From NCBI RefSeq assembly GCF_009914755.1, contig NC_060941.1: a DNA stretch of 64,000 nucleotides; one strand, 5' to 3'. The translations under genes and the position numbers were made by a program. The DNA comes from the human T2T-CHM13v2.0 reference genome, Homo sapiens. Under the pieces are notes generated by a model, which did no database searches, was not told the origin of the DNA, and worked only from the letters and a program-made list of their open reading frames with translations. Below are positions 50,711 to 64,000 of this stretch, piece by piece. Each line of letters begins with the position of its first letter. The first letter of the stretch is position 1.

Positions 50711-51669
50711 ATGGTGTCACAGTTTTGATCTTTGGGAAACTGACCACCCAAGATTCCTTAGGTGGTGGTGACAGAAAGTAGCCAGCAGTCAACACCGTGG
50801 ACCCTTCAGCATGGAGGGATTTGATTTGTGTCCCAGCGTTCTGGCTCATTTCAGCCTCTGCGAGGCCCCACCTCAGTCCAGCAGAGCGTCCCAGTCCACA
50901 GTGCGGGGAATCATGGCTGGGCAGTTTGTCCTCTGCGGCGTCTTTGCCTTGCGCTGCTCAGCTTGCCTCCCCACTGTGTGCTGCTGCCTGTGCTCTCCAG
51001 TGCGGAGCATTGCTTTCCTTCCAGATTCTGGCCCCGAGGCTCCACTTCCCCAAGTGTCACCCTCCTCTATCTCCTTTGGCAGCAGGCGCCCCAGGGATGG
51101 GTTCACTGATGATGACATCCTGTTTGGCCCAGCTTTGGCCTCCTTTTCTCATATGTGGTCTGCGTGGTCAGGTTGCAGCAGGTGTGGGCCCCACTTTTCA
51201 TGCAGGCAGAAGCAGCAGCCTGGAGTCCCCTGTCTAGTATCTTAGACAGACAATGTCTCATTGACACAGCCCCTTCTTTCTGCAGCCAGCCCCTTGTTTC
51301 CCGTCCTGAGTCCTTGTTATTTTCTCTAGCCATTTCTTGCATGTGTGCAGTAGGTCAGGGCGTATGTCTTGGTACTGGATCCGATCCCTCTCCTGGTCCC
51401 TTGCCCCTTCTTCCATATTCTCTACCCAATAAAAAGTGCCTCTTCCTATCAGTCTTCCAGTCCAGAAAGCTGAGAGTCACCCTTGTCTCCTCTTTCTCTG
51501 TCATCTCCTACAGCTATTCAATCACCAACTCTAGTCTACATTCAATTTTACGTGCATCTGCCTCTCACCATTCCCACTGCCTCTGTCTTAGGTCAGGTTC
51601 TTATGGATTCTCACCATGACAACTAGAAGAGGGTCCTAGCAACTGCTTTTTCTTCCACTTTTGTCTCTA

Positions 51670-51972
51670 ATTTATTTATTTATTTTGAGACAAGGTCTCA
51701 CTCTGTGGCCCAGGCTGGAGTGCAATGGCTCGATCTTGGCTCACTGCAACCTTGGTCTCCCAGGTCAAGCAATTCTTGTGTCTCAGCCTCCCAAGTAGCT
51801 GGGATTACAGGCATGTGGCACCACACCCAGCTAATGTTTTGTATTTTTCGTGGAGACGGAGTTTCACCATGTTGGCCAGGCTGGTCTTGAACTCCTGGCC
51901 TCAAGTGATCTGCCTGCTTCGGCCTCCCAAAGTGCTGCGATTGATTACAGGAGTGAGTCACCACGCCCGGCC
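51670..51972 (-). mobile_element. Alu
   Basis: (TTTA)n tail and reverse Alu body. Confidence 0.9.
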
Positions 51973-52331
51973 TAGTTTTGTCTCTTTTTAATCTATCTCA
52001 CCATACAGCATCCAATATACTTTTGCTAAAGCTCAAATCAGTCTCTGTTTCTCTCCTTTTAAAATCTTGCAAACATTCTGCATCGTTTCTGACATGAAAT
52101 GGAAGCTTCTCTGTAACCTGACCCCTGTCTACCTCTCTGGCCTCGTGACTTGCCTGCTGAGACTTCCTGAAAACCAAGACCCAGCCTTTTTGCACTACTT
52201 GTGGTTCCTTAAATGTGCAGCTCTCTACCTTGCTTTTAATGAAGGAGGTGCCCACTTGGTAAAGCACAATTTCACCTTCTTGTAAACCACAGGGCAGAGT
52301 GAAATGCTATGAATGTGGGCACATCCCGTGA

Positions 52332-52739
<408 letters not shown>

Positions 52740-53610
52740 TAAGAAAAAGAGAGAAATCCATGGATCTTGCTGTTCAAAGACATGCAAAATGCACAACAGA
52801 AAAGACATTTTACACCAGAATAACAGAAACTTTGGTTGTTATGCTTTTAACATAAATTTATAATACAGCACACTTCCCTTTTCTGATTTATTCATGCTCT
52901 AGAGCCAGACTTCTTGGCTTCAGTTTCAAATCTGCTGTGTGTCAGCTGTGTGTTTTTCCATAAGTTACGTACCTCTCTGTGCTTCAGTTTCTTCGTGTGT
53001 GAAAGGGGATAGTTACAGCACTTAACTCAGAGGGCCACTGTGAGGATTAAATGCATTAATACCTATGAAAGGCCGAGAACATTACTGGTTCATAGTAAGT
53101 GCTATCTACTATTATTACTATTACCATTTTATTATTATTGAAATATTTCAATACCTCCATTTTATATCCGAAACAAGTGCAGGTCTCTTGTTCTTTGCCT
53201 GGATACCCCTATCCCTGTCTTTGCCTGGCTAATTTCAGTTTAACCTATAATAGAGAAAAGTTAGAGCAATGTAAATGGACTGATGTGAATGATTAAATAC
53301 AACTTTTGGTATATCTATGCAATAAAATATCATGTGTATATTCATGCCATTTTTGAGTAATATTTAAGTTTGTAATGGCACAGAAGAAGACTAAGTAGCA
53401 ATAATAAGATATACTAGGTCATGAAAGAATATTAAGTACCAATAGTAAAATATAAAGCTAGGTACAGAATGATAGGGCAATTTTAAGTTTCTTATATATG
53501 CTTCCCTATATTTTTTCAGTTTTGCAAACGACCATGTATACTTTCTATAAAAGAAAAACAAACTGATATATATGTTAGTTATAAATATATAGATATAATA
53601 CATATATTAG

Positions 53611-53925
<315 letters not shown>

Positions 53926-54377
53926 TAAATTTTTTTTCAAAAAAAAAACAAAAACAGATCTCAAATTTTTTGGAAGCCCTCCATAACACTTCACTACCAC
54001 CATCTAAAGTGCTTACCCTCGCCCTCGGACACAATGCCTGTCACACAGTAGGTACTCAATACAGCTTTACTGAATTATGTTCATCTCTTGCTGGAGTATT
54101 CCCTATCGCCTGCATGGAAAAAGGCCAGAAACAATTTGAAGGAAGATGCTTCACAAGGAATACTGAAAGTTTTCTTGACCTCATGAATGCTGGTGAGGCT
54201 TTACCCCTCTCTCAGGAATTTAACATCTCCTGAAGTTCCTGACCTCTGCCTTTCACAACTAAGAGCAGGCTGTGGCGGTGACCAAGGTCCATTTCCATGG
54301 TAAGAAGAGTGGGGCTGGCCAGCTCTGTAGTCAGAGTGTGGCAGTCACCGATGAGCTGCTCCAACCGCTCACTGTCC

Positions 54378-54870
54378 TATGGAGGCAGAAATTTAAAAAA
54401 TAAATATGCACTCATTCATTCCAAGAAAATAACAGGCAATAAAGGAGAAGTTTTCCTCTGCCTAGCAAGCTCGCTTCAAGGACAGTTATAAGATAACGTT
54501 GTTTGAGAAGTCGAAGCCAAAGGAATGGGCTCCAGACACCCCACCTCCATAACAAGTCTGAAGAAAAAAAAAAGGGACAAATGTCTGTATTTAGCCAGTT
54601 CTGTTTTTCTTTCAGTGCAGCTGTAAGGCCACCAGCTAAGCAAGGCCACAAGTTATGCTATGCTATAGACTATGGGACCTATCATTATATGATTAACTGC
54701 TTTAGTTTTGCTTCTGCAAGCCTGCTTGTAAAACCCCACTCTGTCTTTGTTGAAATGCTCCAAATGCTCAGCTTTTTGGATATGAATTCACTGAGCCAGT
54801 GCACACCTTAAAATAAATATCCTCCTGTTCTCCCATATTGGTCTCTTCATTCCTCAGTTTACTACAGCAT
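54378..54870 (+). mobile_element. Probable solitary ERV LTR (family not assigned)
   Basis: About 490 bp with LTR-like 3' architecture (ttgcttctgcaagcctgcttgtaaaacccc...aaataaatatcctcctg...ca). Confidence 0.55.
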
Positions 54871-57195
54871 TACAGATTTCATCCTGAAGAATGCTGCACT
54901 CTGGATAATTGTGTACTTGTTTCTTCAATCCACAATTCAGCTTCTGCTCCCATTTCCCCCAAAGTGACTTGGATACCATACTGGCAAAACCACAGGATTT
55001 GCCTCGTCTTGGTTTCTTACCTTGGCAAAATGACCCTATGTTCCAGCTCCCCTTGGGTTTCCAGTCTCCACATTTGCCCTCCAGGAGTTCTCTAGTTCTA
55101 GGCATCCACCTCCTGGAGGCCACCTCTTGGCCCCAACACTCAGAGGTCTCCCCAACACTCTAGGAGAGGCCAGGATGTCCAGATTGACTGCCTCTCTACC
55201 CTGCTCCTCAGCACTTTGGTAACCTCTTCTGAGAGTCTGTTATTAACAGAGATTGCCTATATGTGTAATCTCAGAAGGTCATACCTGTAGAGGGACTCTG
55301 GTCATCTCTGAACTGGGAATTGTAGGCCTTGGGTCTTGACATGCATCCTGTGTGACCTTGATCAGGTCTTTTCACTTCTCTAGGTTTTGCTTTCCTAATC
55401 TGTACCGTGGCAAAACAGATCAGGGTCAGGTAAAACCACAGGCCACGGATATGCTGAGGAAAATGAAAAATACCAGGGCATTTTCAAGGTCATGTTACTG
55501 CTGTGGCTGCTGGGCCTGTCTGCAGCCTGGGAGGTTGAGGACAACATGACAAGACAAATGTAAAAATGCCCAGAATGGAGTTATGAATATAGTGGTGGTC
55601 AAGGATGTGGGGGGGGGAACCTCTAAATGACCACAAGTGAGGGGGAAAGAAGGGCTTCCCTGCTCAGGGGTGAGAGGGTGGCCCTCTGAATGGAGCTCCC
55701 TGGAACCATGGATGACCCTTGCTGTCACTTCTTGCAACCCTGAGCTACAAAGAGTTGAGTCCAAGAATAGTATCCATTATGATAAAACTACTGGATGCGT
55801 GGGTTGAGGGTGGGGGAGAAGGGGAAGTACCACACTATCAGGGCTGAGGAATCACCTTTTGGGTGGAATGTCAGAACACCCAGTTCATTCATACTTGGTT
55901 TACTCATTTGGCTATATAGGGGTCCACATCTTGAGTCCATATTACTCATCACATCCCCTCCATGGAGATAAGCATAACATAGTTTCTGCATCAAGGAGCT
56001 CACTTTCTAGTCGGGGAGGAAACCACATGAATAGATAAATATGTGATAGGTGGTAAGAAGGAAGTAGTTCAGGAGACTGTAGGAGCACAGTGAAGGATAC
56101 AGAGTTTACTTGGGAAAGAGATCAGGGAAGTTTCTCTAGAGAAGATGAACATCTTTTTTGTCATGTATTTGAGAATCATTTGTTTATTGGCTCTTCTTGG
56201 CTTTCCGGTCTCCACGTTTGCCCTCCAGGAGTTCTAAATGGCACCAGTGTCTAAATCTTGTTGGGGGTGGGAGGTAAGTTAATATTGCTGAACAAAATGA
56301 TACAAGTCCTTTTTACTCTCAGTGTGGACTTCCACTGGTGCAGACATAGTATTGTTGTTAGGATCTTCATGAAGATCCATCAAAACGTTTTACCCCCATG
56401 AGCCAAAGATCAGATCAAGGCGAGGAAACAAAAGTCAACAGACAAACTCATTGTATGGCTCAGTGATGGCTAATCACCCATTTTATCAATCATTATTCTC
56501 CTGAAGCCCCAGAACAGGCTTCCTCCTAACCCCTCCACCCTGCTCATTCAGACAGCTACTCTAGTGGGAATTGAGACTTAACTTGAAACTACTCATCTAC
56601 AGCTGATAGACAGCCTTCTCCATCCTTCAGGCTTCCTGACACTTTGTTTCTTCCTCTGACATGACACTTAGCTTATTCCACCTCTTGGGATAGTTATTTC
56701 TGTCACTGTCAATGCCATCACTAGACATGGAACTCTTCAAAGGCAGGGATGGGGCTTCATTCAGCTCTGTCTGCCCTGGCAAAGAGCAGATGGTTAGTAC
56801 ATTGGGCTGAACAAAAATGTCATAGATAACGAAGTCTGCGTGAATCCAGAGAACATGAAACACATACTGCTTCCCTTAAAGTGAGGTCCTCGATGCATGA
56901 AGATGAAACTGCACCAACTAGGAAAGGTCAGGAGAGGTACTAACATATCTGCTATCAGGCAACACGGAACATTACAGCTGGGGGCGAGGGTCTTGGAGAA
57001 GATCAGAACATTTGAAGCAAGAGCTGTACAAAGAAAAGGGGGAGAGAACAGATGAGAGAAGTGCAGCTTGTGTGTGCGGGTGGGGAGTGAGGGAGAGTGC
57101 TGAGGCAGGATGACCTTGTACTTTATTTAATGACCCTGAAGTACCCCAGGATGCTGCTCCAACCTCTCCTGTGGCTCCCAGATGCTGTGGGTCCC

Positions 57196-58658
57196 TTTTT
57201 TTCTTAACTTGTATTTTAGGTTCAGGGGTACATGTGCAGGTTTGTTATATAGGTAAGTTGTGTGTTGCGGGGGGTTTGGTGTACAGATTATTTCATCACC
57301 CAGGTAATAAGCATAGTACCCAATAGGTAGTTTTTTTTATCCTCACCCTCCTCCCACCCTTCACCCTTAAGTAGGCCCTGGTGCCTGCTGTTCCCTTCTT
57401 TGTGTCCATGTGTACTCAATGTTTAGCTTCCACTTATAAGTGAGAACATGCAGTATTTGGTTTTCTGTTCCTGTGTTAGTTCGCTTAAGATAATGGCCTC
57501 CAGCTCCATCCATGTTGCTGCAAAGGGCATGATCTTGTTCTTTTTTTTATGACTGAGAAGTATTCCATTATATATATATATAAATATATATACCAAATTT
57601 TTTTTATCCAGTCTACCATCAGTGGGCATTTAGGTTGATTCCATGTCTTTGCTATTGTGAATACTGTTGCGATGAACATACATGTGCACATGTCTTTATG
57701 GTAGAATGATTTATATTCCTTTGGGTATATACCCAATAATGGGATTGCTGGGTTGAATGGTAATTCTGTTTTAAGTTCTTTGAGAAATCGCCAAACTGCT
57801 TCCCACAATGGCTGAACTAATTTACATTCCCACCAGCAGTGTATAAGTGTTCCTTTTCTCCACAGCCTCACCAACATCTGTTATTTTTTGACTTTTTAAA
57901 AATAGCCATCCTGACTGGTTTGAGATGGTATCTCATTGTGGTTTTAATTTGCATTTCTCTAATGATTAGTGGTGCTGAGCATTTTTTGTATGTTTCTTGG
58001 CCGCGTGTACGTCTTCTTTTGAAATGTGTCTGTTTATGTTCAATGCCCACGTTTTAACGGAGTTGTTTGTTTTTTGCTTGTACATGTGTTTAAATTCCCT
58101 ATAGATTCTGGATATTAGACCTTTGTGAGATACATAGTTTGTAAATATTTTCTCCCATTCTGTAGGTTATCTCTTTACTCTGCTGATAATTTCTTTTGCT
58201 GTGCAGAAGCTCTTTAGTTTAATTAGATCCCATTTGTCAGTTTTTGGTTTTGTTGTGATTTGTTTTTGGCATCTTCATCATGAAATATCTGCCAGATCCT
58301 ATGCCCAGAATCATATTGTCTAGGTTATCTTACAGGTATCATATTTTTATAGTTTTATATTTTAGGTTTTACATTTAAGTCTTCAACCCATTGTGAGTTG
58401 ATTTTTACAGATGGTGTAAGGAAGGGGTCCAGTTTCAATCTTTTGCATACAGCTAGCCAGTTATCCCAGTACCATTTATTGACTGGGAAGTCCTTTCCCT
58501 GTTGCTTGTTTTTGTTAACTTTGTCAAAGTTCGGATGGTTGCAGGTATGCAGCATTATTTCTGAGCTCTCTATTTTGTTCTATTGGTCTATGAGTCTGTT
58601 TTTGTACCAAAGCCATGCTGTTTTGGTTACTGCAGCCCTGTGGTATAGTTTGAAGTCA
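57196..58658 (-). mobile_element. 5'-truncated L1 (L1PA/PB-type), ORF2 C-terminus and 3'UTR, TSD tgg(g/c)tcccttttttt
   Basis: ORF 57485-57877 [13 protein letters not shown]...PAIPLLGIYP is the L1 ORF2p C-terminus. Direct repeats at about 57188 and 58659; the right one ends TTTT/A, the L1 endonuclease consensus. Confidence 0.93.
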
Positions 58659-58997
58659 TGGCTCCCTTTTTTTACTCTTCTTTTTTCTTTCTCAGAGAAG
58701 AGCAGGTAACAATGTGGGGTTAAAGGTGAGCAGGTGGGTTAGAGTAGTGGAGCCAAAGGCAGATAGAGGTCTTGATCCAATTGTCTTCATTCCCTTCATT
58801 TGTCCAACCTTGCACACTCCTGTATGCAGGGCCTTTGTAAGCTTCACCTTCTGTACAGGTGCCCAGCAACTGTCAAACCAGCCAGGGCTTAACATGAGCA
58901 TGGGCATTCCCTATGGACTGGCTGGGACACACCCACATCCTTAGATTACACATTTTGCCTGTAACATAGATAAACTCATTACTAGGTATATAATTCT

Positions 58998-59348
58998 GTT
59001 TTGTTTTGTTTTGGTTTGTTTTGCTTTGTTTTGTTTTGCTTTGCTTTGTTTTTGGGACAGGGTCTCATTCTGTCAAACAAGCTGGAGTGCAGTGGCACAA
59101 TCACCACTCACTGCAGCCTGGACTTTCCTGGGCTCAGGTGATCTTCCCACCTGAGCCTACTGAGCAGCTGGGACTACAGGTGTGTATCACCACTCCCAGT
59201 CAAGTTTTTTTTTTGTATGTGTGTTTTTTATAGAGACAGTGTTTCACCATGTTCCCCAGGCTGGTCTCAAACTTCTGGGCTCAAGCAATCTGCCTGCCTT
59301 GACCTCCCAAAGTGCTGGGATTTCAGGTGTGAGGCCCTGTACCCAGCT
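58998..59348 (-). mobile_element. Old Alu (AluJ-like) with (TTTTG)n tail
   Basis: Reverse Alu body. Confidence 0.85.
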
Positions 59349-60324
59349 CAATTCTGTTTTTATACTAGAAGAACATTCTCTATCTGGGTCTTCCAGACTT
59401 GATTCTTACTGGTTAATTTGTCCTGGTCTTTTGCTGGTCCAAGAAAATATCTTGAAATCTTTATTTCTTCTCCGTTCCCTCCTTGTCCTAGGACAGACTA
59501 GCCCTATCCCTTCCCTGAATTAAGTCTGAGTATAATCGGTCTTTGAGTGTGGAATAGCTCCTAGCAGTCTATCAGTCAATGGTTTCTCTTTGTGGTCACA
59601 CTCTATGTTTATTCTGGAGACTACAGCATGGAAAGAAAATGGACTTTGGAGTCAGATGAATCTTGATTCGAATCTTGATTCAAATCTTGGCAGTGCCATT
59701 CATCAGCTCTGTGGCATTGAGCGCCATCAGTGGACCACTCTCTGATCCCCAATTGCCTTATCTGTAAAATGAGATTAGACACCCCTGCTCAAGATTATGG
59801 TAGGATTATATATAATATGTGTAACACAGCTTTCCCAGTGCCTGGTATAAGGTAAGTGTCCAATAAGAACTTACAAATGTTCCTGAGCCACCCTACTGGG
59901 TCCCTCCGCACATCCAATGCTGGACTCTTCATGCCCAAGGAAACATATAGGGCACAAAAGTCAGTGGCACTGAGCTCAGCAGAAGAAGGCACAGGAAGGG
60001 GATGGGGGAGTCCTGGTTCCCGCTTTGTTCTTGGGGCCAGGACTGTGGCCAGCCTGGAAAGACTGGCATGAACACTCCAGCATCTGGGGGTGCCAACCAC
60101 CAAGAGCAGCACAGTTCTTGTCTACAAGCCACTTGTAGCAGGTGTGAACATTTCATCTTTTCCTCTGGGGTTTGCAACTCTCTCCCCAGTCTCGGTCACT
60201 GCTTTTGGCTGTACCACTTCCCTTTTCTTCTCGCCTGCACCTCCCTCATCTTTCCTCTATGATGACATCGCCCTGGGGAAGAGAAGCTGAGAGGAACTCC
60301 TCACTCAGCTAGCTTCAGGAGCCA

Positions 60325-60403
60325 TGACATCATCTCTACCATGGAAATTCCACTCACTCTCCTGTGCCCCCACATTTGTCCTAGGCCTCAGAGTCCCTAT
60401 AAA
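60325..60403 (+). promoter_or_regulatory. CCL4L core promoter: CRE/ATF-like TGACATCA (60325), NF-kB-like GGAAATTCC (60343), TATAAA (60398)
   Basis: Motifs read directly. Confidence 0.75.
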
Positions 60404-60504
60404 GAGAGATTCCCAACTCAGTATCAGCACAGGACACAGCTAGGTTCTGAAGCTTCTGAGTTCTGCAGACTCACCTCTGAGAAAACCTCTTTGCCACCAA
60501 TACC

Positions 60505-61932
60505 ATGAAGCTCTGCGTGACTGTCCTGTCTCTCCTCGTGCTAGTAGCTGCCTTCTGCTCTCTAGCACTCTCAGCACCAAGTAAGTCTACTTTTGCAGCT
60601 GCTATTTCGAGTCAAGGTGTAGGCAGAGTCCTTTTTTCTAGTCATGGCTGGCAAACAGTGGGATCTGGGGATGGGACAAAAGGCAGCTAGGAAGATTGCC
60701 ATGTAGTCTGCTGCTAAATGTAGAGTCTAGTAGATATTCAGTAACATTCAAGTTCCTATTTTCTTAAGAATTAGCAACCAGCAGAGGAAAACGATGGGCT
60801 GGAAGTCAGACTGTTGAATTGGCTCTGCCTTTAATTATTTGTTCAAGCAAGCCCCTGTCCCTCTCTGTGCCTTGGTTTCCCCATCTGTCATATGAAGGGA
60901 GTGCGATGTGTTCTGAGACTGAATCCAGTTCCAATCTTCTAGATTTCTTTCTCGTTCTTCTCTGAAGATCCACTATTCAGAATAAGACTCCTGCTCATGT
61001 TAGGTGGGAATGGATACAAGGGACCATATTTGGGGTTCTGGTAGCTCCACAGGGATGCTCAATGAAGATGCAAAATTAGAAGTCAAACTAAACAGCTCCC
61101 ATGGGCAGTGTTGATCTCACCCTGGCCTTTCCTTTCAGTGGGCTCAGACCCTCCCACCGCCTGCTGCTTTTCTTACACCGCGAGGAAGCTTCCTCACAAC
61201 TTTGTGGTAGATTACTATGAGACCAGCAGCCTCTGCTCCCAGCCAGCTGTGGTGTGAGTATCAACCCCTGGCTGCCCTGGGAGGCAAGGGTGAGGGCTGG
61301 ATTTTTAAAGGGGGCCTGTTTTGGGGAGGGGGTGATGAGCGTTGGGGAGGCAGCTCTCAGGGCTGAAGCCTTCCCTGACAGCAGTGAGGTCACAGGTCAT
61401 GAACTCACTTTTCAAGTGCTGAAGGCGGCTGAGTGGCAGCCGAGACAGAAGGGGGTTCCTGGGGAGGAAGTTATTCAGAGGACAGGGAAGCAGGGGAAGG
61501 CAGACAGGTCCCGTGAGATATGGACCAATTCCTTAAACCATGCTAGAAAAACATGTGGAAAAGTCACTACCAGGCTGGCAGGGAATGGGGCAATCTATTC
61601 ATACTGATTGCAATGCCCACTGGTTCCTAATCTGGGCAACCCCTGGGGCCCACAGCTAAATCCAGTGAGTGGAAGTTACAGGGAGTCTGCTTCCAGTGCT
61701 GCTCCAGGAAGGATCCCATCCACCAGAGCTGCCCCACATGGACCATGGTCAGGCAGAGGAAGATGCCTACCACAGGCAAGGGATAAAGCCAGATGACCTC
61801 AAAGGTCCCATGGGATTCTAATCTGTCTGCTCCTTGTTCTACAGATTCCAAACCAAAAGAGGCAAGCAAGTCTGCGCTGACCCCAGTGAGTCCTGGGTCC
61901 AGGAGTACGTGTATGACCTGGAACTGAACTGA
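60505..61932 (+). CDS. CCL4L1: C-C motif chemokine 4-like (MIP-1beta-like, LAG-1), 92 aa precursor
   Basis: Exons 60505-60580, 61139-61253 and 61845-61932 total 279 nt: [97 protein letters not shown] marks CCL4L, and the intact AG acceptor at 61843-61844 marks the CCL4L1-type allele. Confidence 0.95.
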
Positions 61933-62210
61933 GCTGCTCAGAGACAGGAAGTCTTCAGGGAAGGTCACCTGAGCCTGGATGCTTCTCCATGAGCCGCATC
62001 TCCTCCATACTCAGGACTCCTCTCCGCAGTTCCTGTCTCTTCTCTTAATGTAATCTCTTTTATGTGCTGTATTATTGTATTAGGTGTTATTTCCATTATT
62101 TATATTAGTTTAGCCAAAGGATAAGTGTCCCCTATGGGGATGGTCCACTCTCACTCTTTCTCTGCTGTTGCAAATACATGGATAACACCGTTAATTCCAT
62201 GTGTTTTCAT

Positions 62211-62216
62211 AATAAA
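62211..62216 (+). terminator. CCL4L polyadenylation signal AATAAA
   Basis: About 280 nt after the stop, downstream of an ATTTA-containing UTR. Confidence 0.8.
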
Positions 62217-63664
62217 ACTTTAAAATAAAATGCAAACAGTTTCTTTGTGATTTTAATTTGATTTGGGGGTAAAAGGAATTGCCTGGTACCATTGGGCGGT
62301 GGGGCAAGCTACAGTTTCCAAAAGCAGTAAGAATGCGCAATTGCTGAGTCCTTAATATGAGCTCTGGGCTGAACACTCTTAATACATGATCTCACTGCGT
62401 ACTTTCAACAAGGGTTTTAACACCCTTATGAAGTAGGGACTGTTGCCCCCAGTTTCACAGTTAAGGAAAGAGAGGCACAGAGAGGTGAAGTGACTTGCTG
62501 AGGCTAGTAGGTCTGCTTGGGGAGTGTCATGAAAAAATGCCTTTAAAAAGGAGGTTATCATTTCAACATCTTGTGGGGGGAGTTGTAAAGAGGGGAAGCA
62601 GCACAGCAAAGGCGGAAGAAGAGTGAGAAAAGTGACTTCATCATATTATTATCAGCATAACATTGGGAAAGTCATCTTGCTTTATTAGACCTCAGTGTTC
62701 ACAAGTGTGAAATGTAGATAATATTAACATTTATCTACATAAATGTTACGTAGATTTATGTAGATAAAGGGCTGTTTATCTACATATGAAGGGCTGTTAC
62801 GAGGTGATGTGTAAAGCACCCATCATGGGACTGGGCACCTGGAAGATTCTCTCCTTCCGCCTCTGAGCCTCAGCCTTTTCACTTAAAATGGACCTAACAA
62901 TTGTCAGGATCATCATGAGGATTAGATTAGTTAGTTGACAGATCAGCACTCTAAAGCCCAAGTTACTGTGAAGTGTTGTCATGATGATAGAAGGATGGAG
63001 GTCTGGTTTTGTTTGGAAGTGTTGCAGGAGTAACCTAAAGCCACTTCTACTTAATTATCCTTCAATCAGTACTCCCATTCCATGGGTCAGAGACTACATG
63101 GCTCTGAAATTGAATTACATGCACAATAAAGCCTGATCCACGGGACATAGACTCATGGTCTACTAAAGCTAAAAGGAAACTTTAGACCATCTGGTCCAAC
63201 CCTCTCATTTTATGGAAACTGAGGGAGAAGGCCTGGGAAGTAACTTGCCACGTGCCACTCAACGAGTACATAGCAGAGCAGGAGCCTGGCCAGTGCCAGC
63301 TCCCAAGCTCAGGCCCTTTCCTGCACACATTCCCTAGTGACACACCTCTGTGGTCCTCAAAAGGGAGACCGGTTGAGTAAGGACAAGGCAGAGACTACCT
63401 TGAAAATCATTTGAGTGTTGTTAGTCCTGTGCAAAAGCAGAACTGGGGCCCTGTACTTCTCTGGGGTCAACAGACACAATTCCTTTCTTTGTCCTGCCCT
63501 TAGTCACCTCCGTCATTCCAGAGCCCCAGTGGAAACTTACTTCAGATTCTGCGGGCACTGAGAGAAGGAGGTTAGGGGGCAGAGCTGATCCAAAACAGGT
63601 GTGGGAAGAGGCTAGCAGCAAAGAATGTGCCTGGCCATAGTTTCTGCTTTCATTTGCCTAGATC

Positions 63665-63881
63665 CGAGCTATCTAATATGTTAGCCACTGGCCAAAGCGG
63701 CTATTTACATTTTCATTACATTTAATTAAAATGAAATAAAATTTAAAATTTAGTTCCTGAGTCACACTAGTCACATTTCAAGTGCTCAGTAGACCTTGGT
63801 AACATGGCTAGTTACCAGGTTAGACAGCATGCATTATGGACTTTCTGTCCATCATTGCAGAAAGTTCTGTTGGAGAGCAGT
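63665..63881 (+). mobile_element. MER3-like hAT fossil
   Basis: aatatgttagccact...aaaatttagttcctgagtcacactagtcacatttcaagtgctc...gcagaaagttctgttgga. Confidence 0.65.
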
Positions 63882-64000
63882 CTCCTAGAATGTTCTCAGA
63901 GCCTAAAGAGAGTGAAGGGAGGAGCAGTTGGGATGGTCTGTAAGATTAGGGTGCAGATTTGGAGAAAGATACACAATTCTATTCTGAGGGGACGGGATGG

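Noticed and set aside
50720-51300. GC-richer segment with several overlapping 80-150 aa ORFs
   Set aside because: No recognisable protein, splice structure or poly-A/TSD; probably an old repeat I cannot name

Overview
Human (hominid) genomic DNA from the copy-number-variable 17q12 TBC1D3/CCL3L/CCL4L segmental duplication. In order along the window: an intact 13-coding-exon TBC1D3 paralogue (minus strand, 549 aa); its repeat-rich upstream region with a CpG island; a head-to-tail tandem duplication of about 13.54 kb (18254-31795 and 31794-45336); the full CCL3L1-type gene (minus, 93 aa); and, divergently, a CCL4L1-type gene (plus, 92 aa, intact intron-2 acceptor). The duplication junction has only 2 bp of microhomology and cuts CCL3L in intron 1, producing the exon-1-less copy CCL3L2/CCL3P1. 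Three less expected observations: (i) a decayed MIP-1alpha-like CC-chemokine gene (exon 2, intron 2, exon 3 and AU-rich 3'UTR all recognisable) lies about 7 kb downstream of each CCL3L copy and is invisible in the ORF track; (ii) the junction fuses a CpG-island ATG in frame to the chemokine exons; (iii) a patch of about 1.4 kb is much more diverged between the otherwise near-identical duplicates. There are no prokaryotic features (no CRISPR, rRNA or tRNA). Exon boundaries were read by hand from GT/AG sites and checked by phase. Paralogue names and repeat families come from memory of the families, not from a database search.
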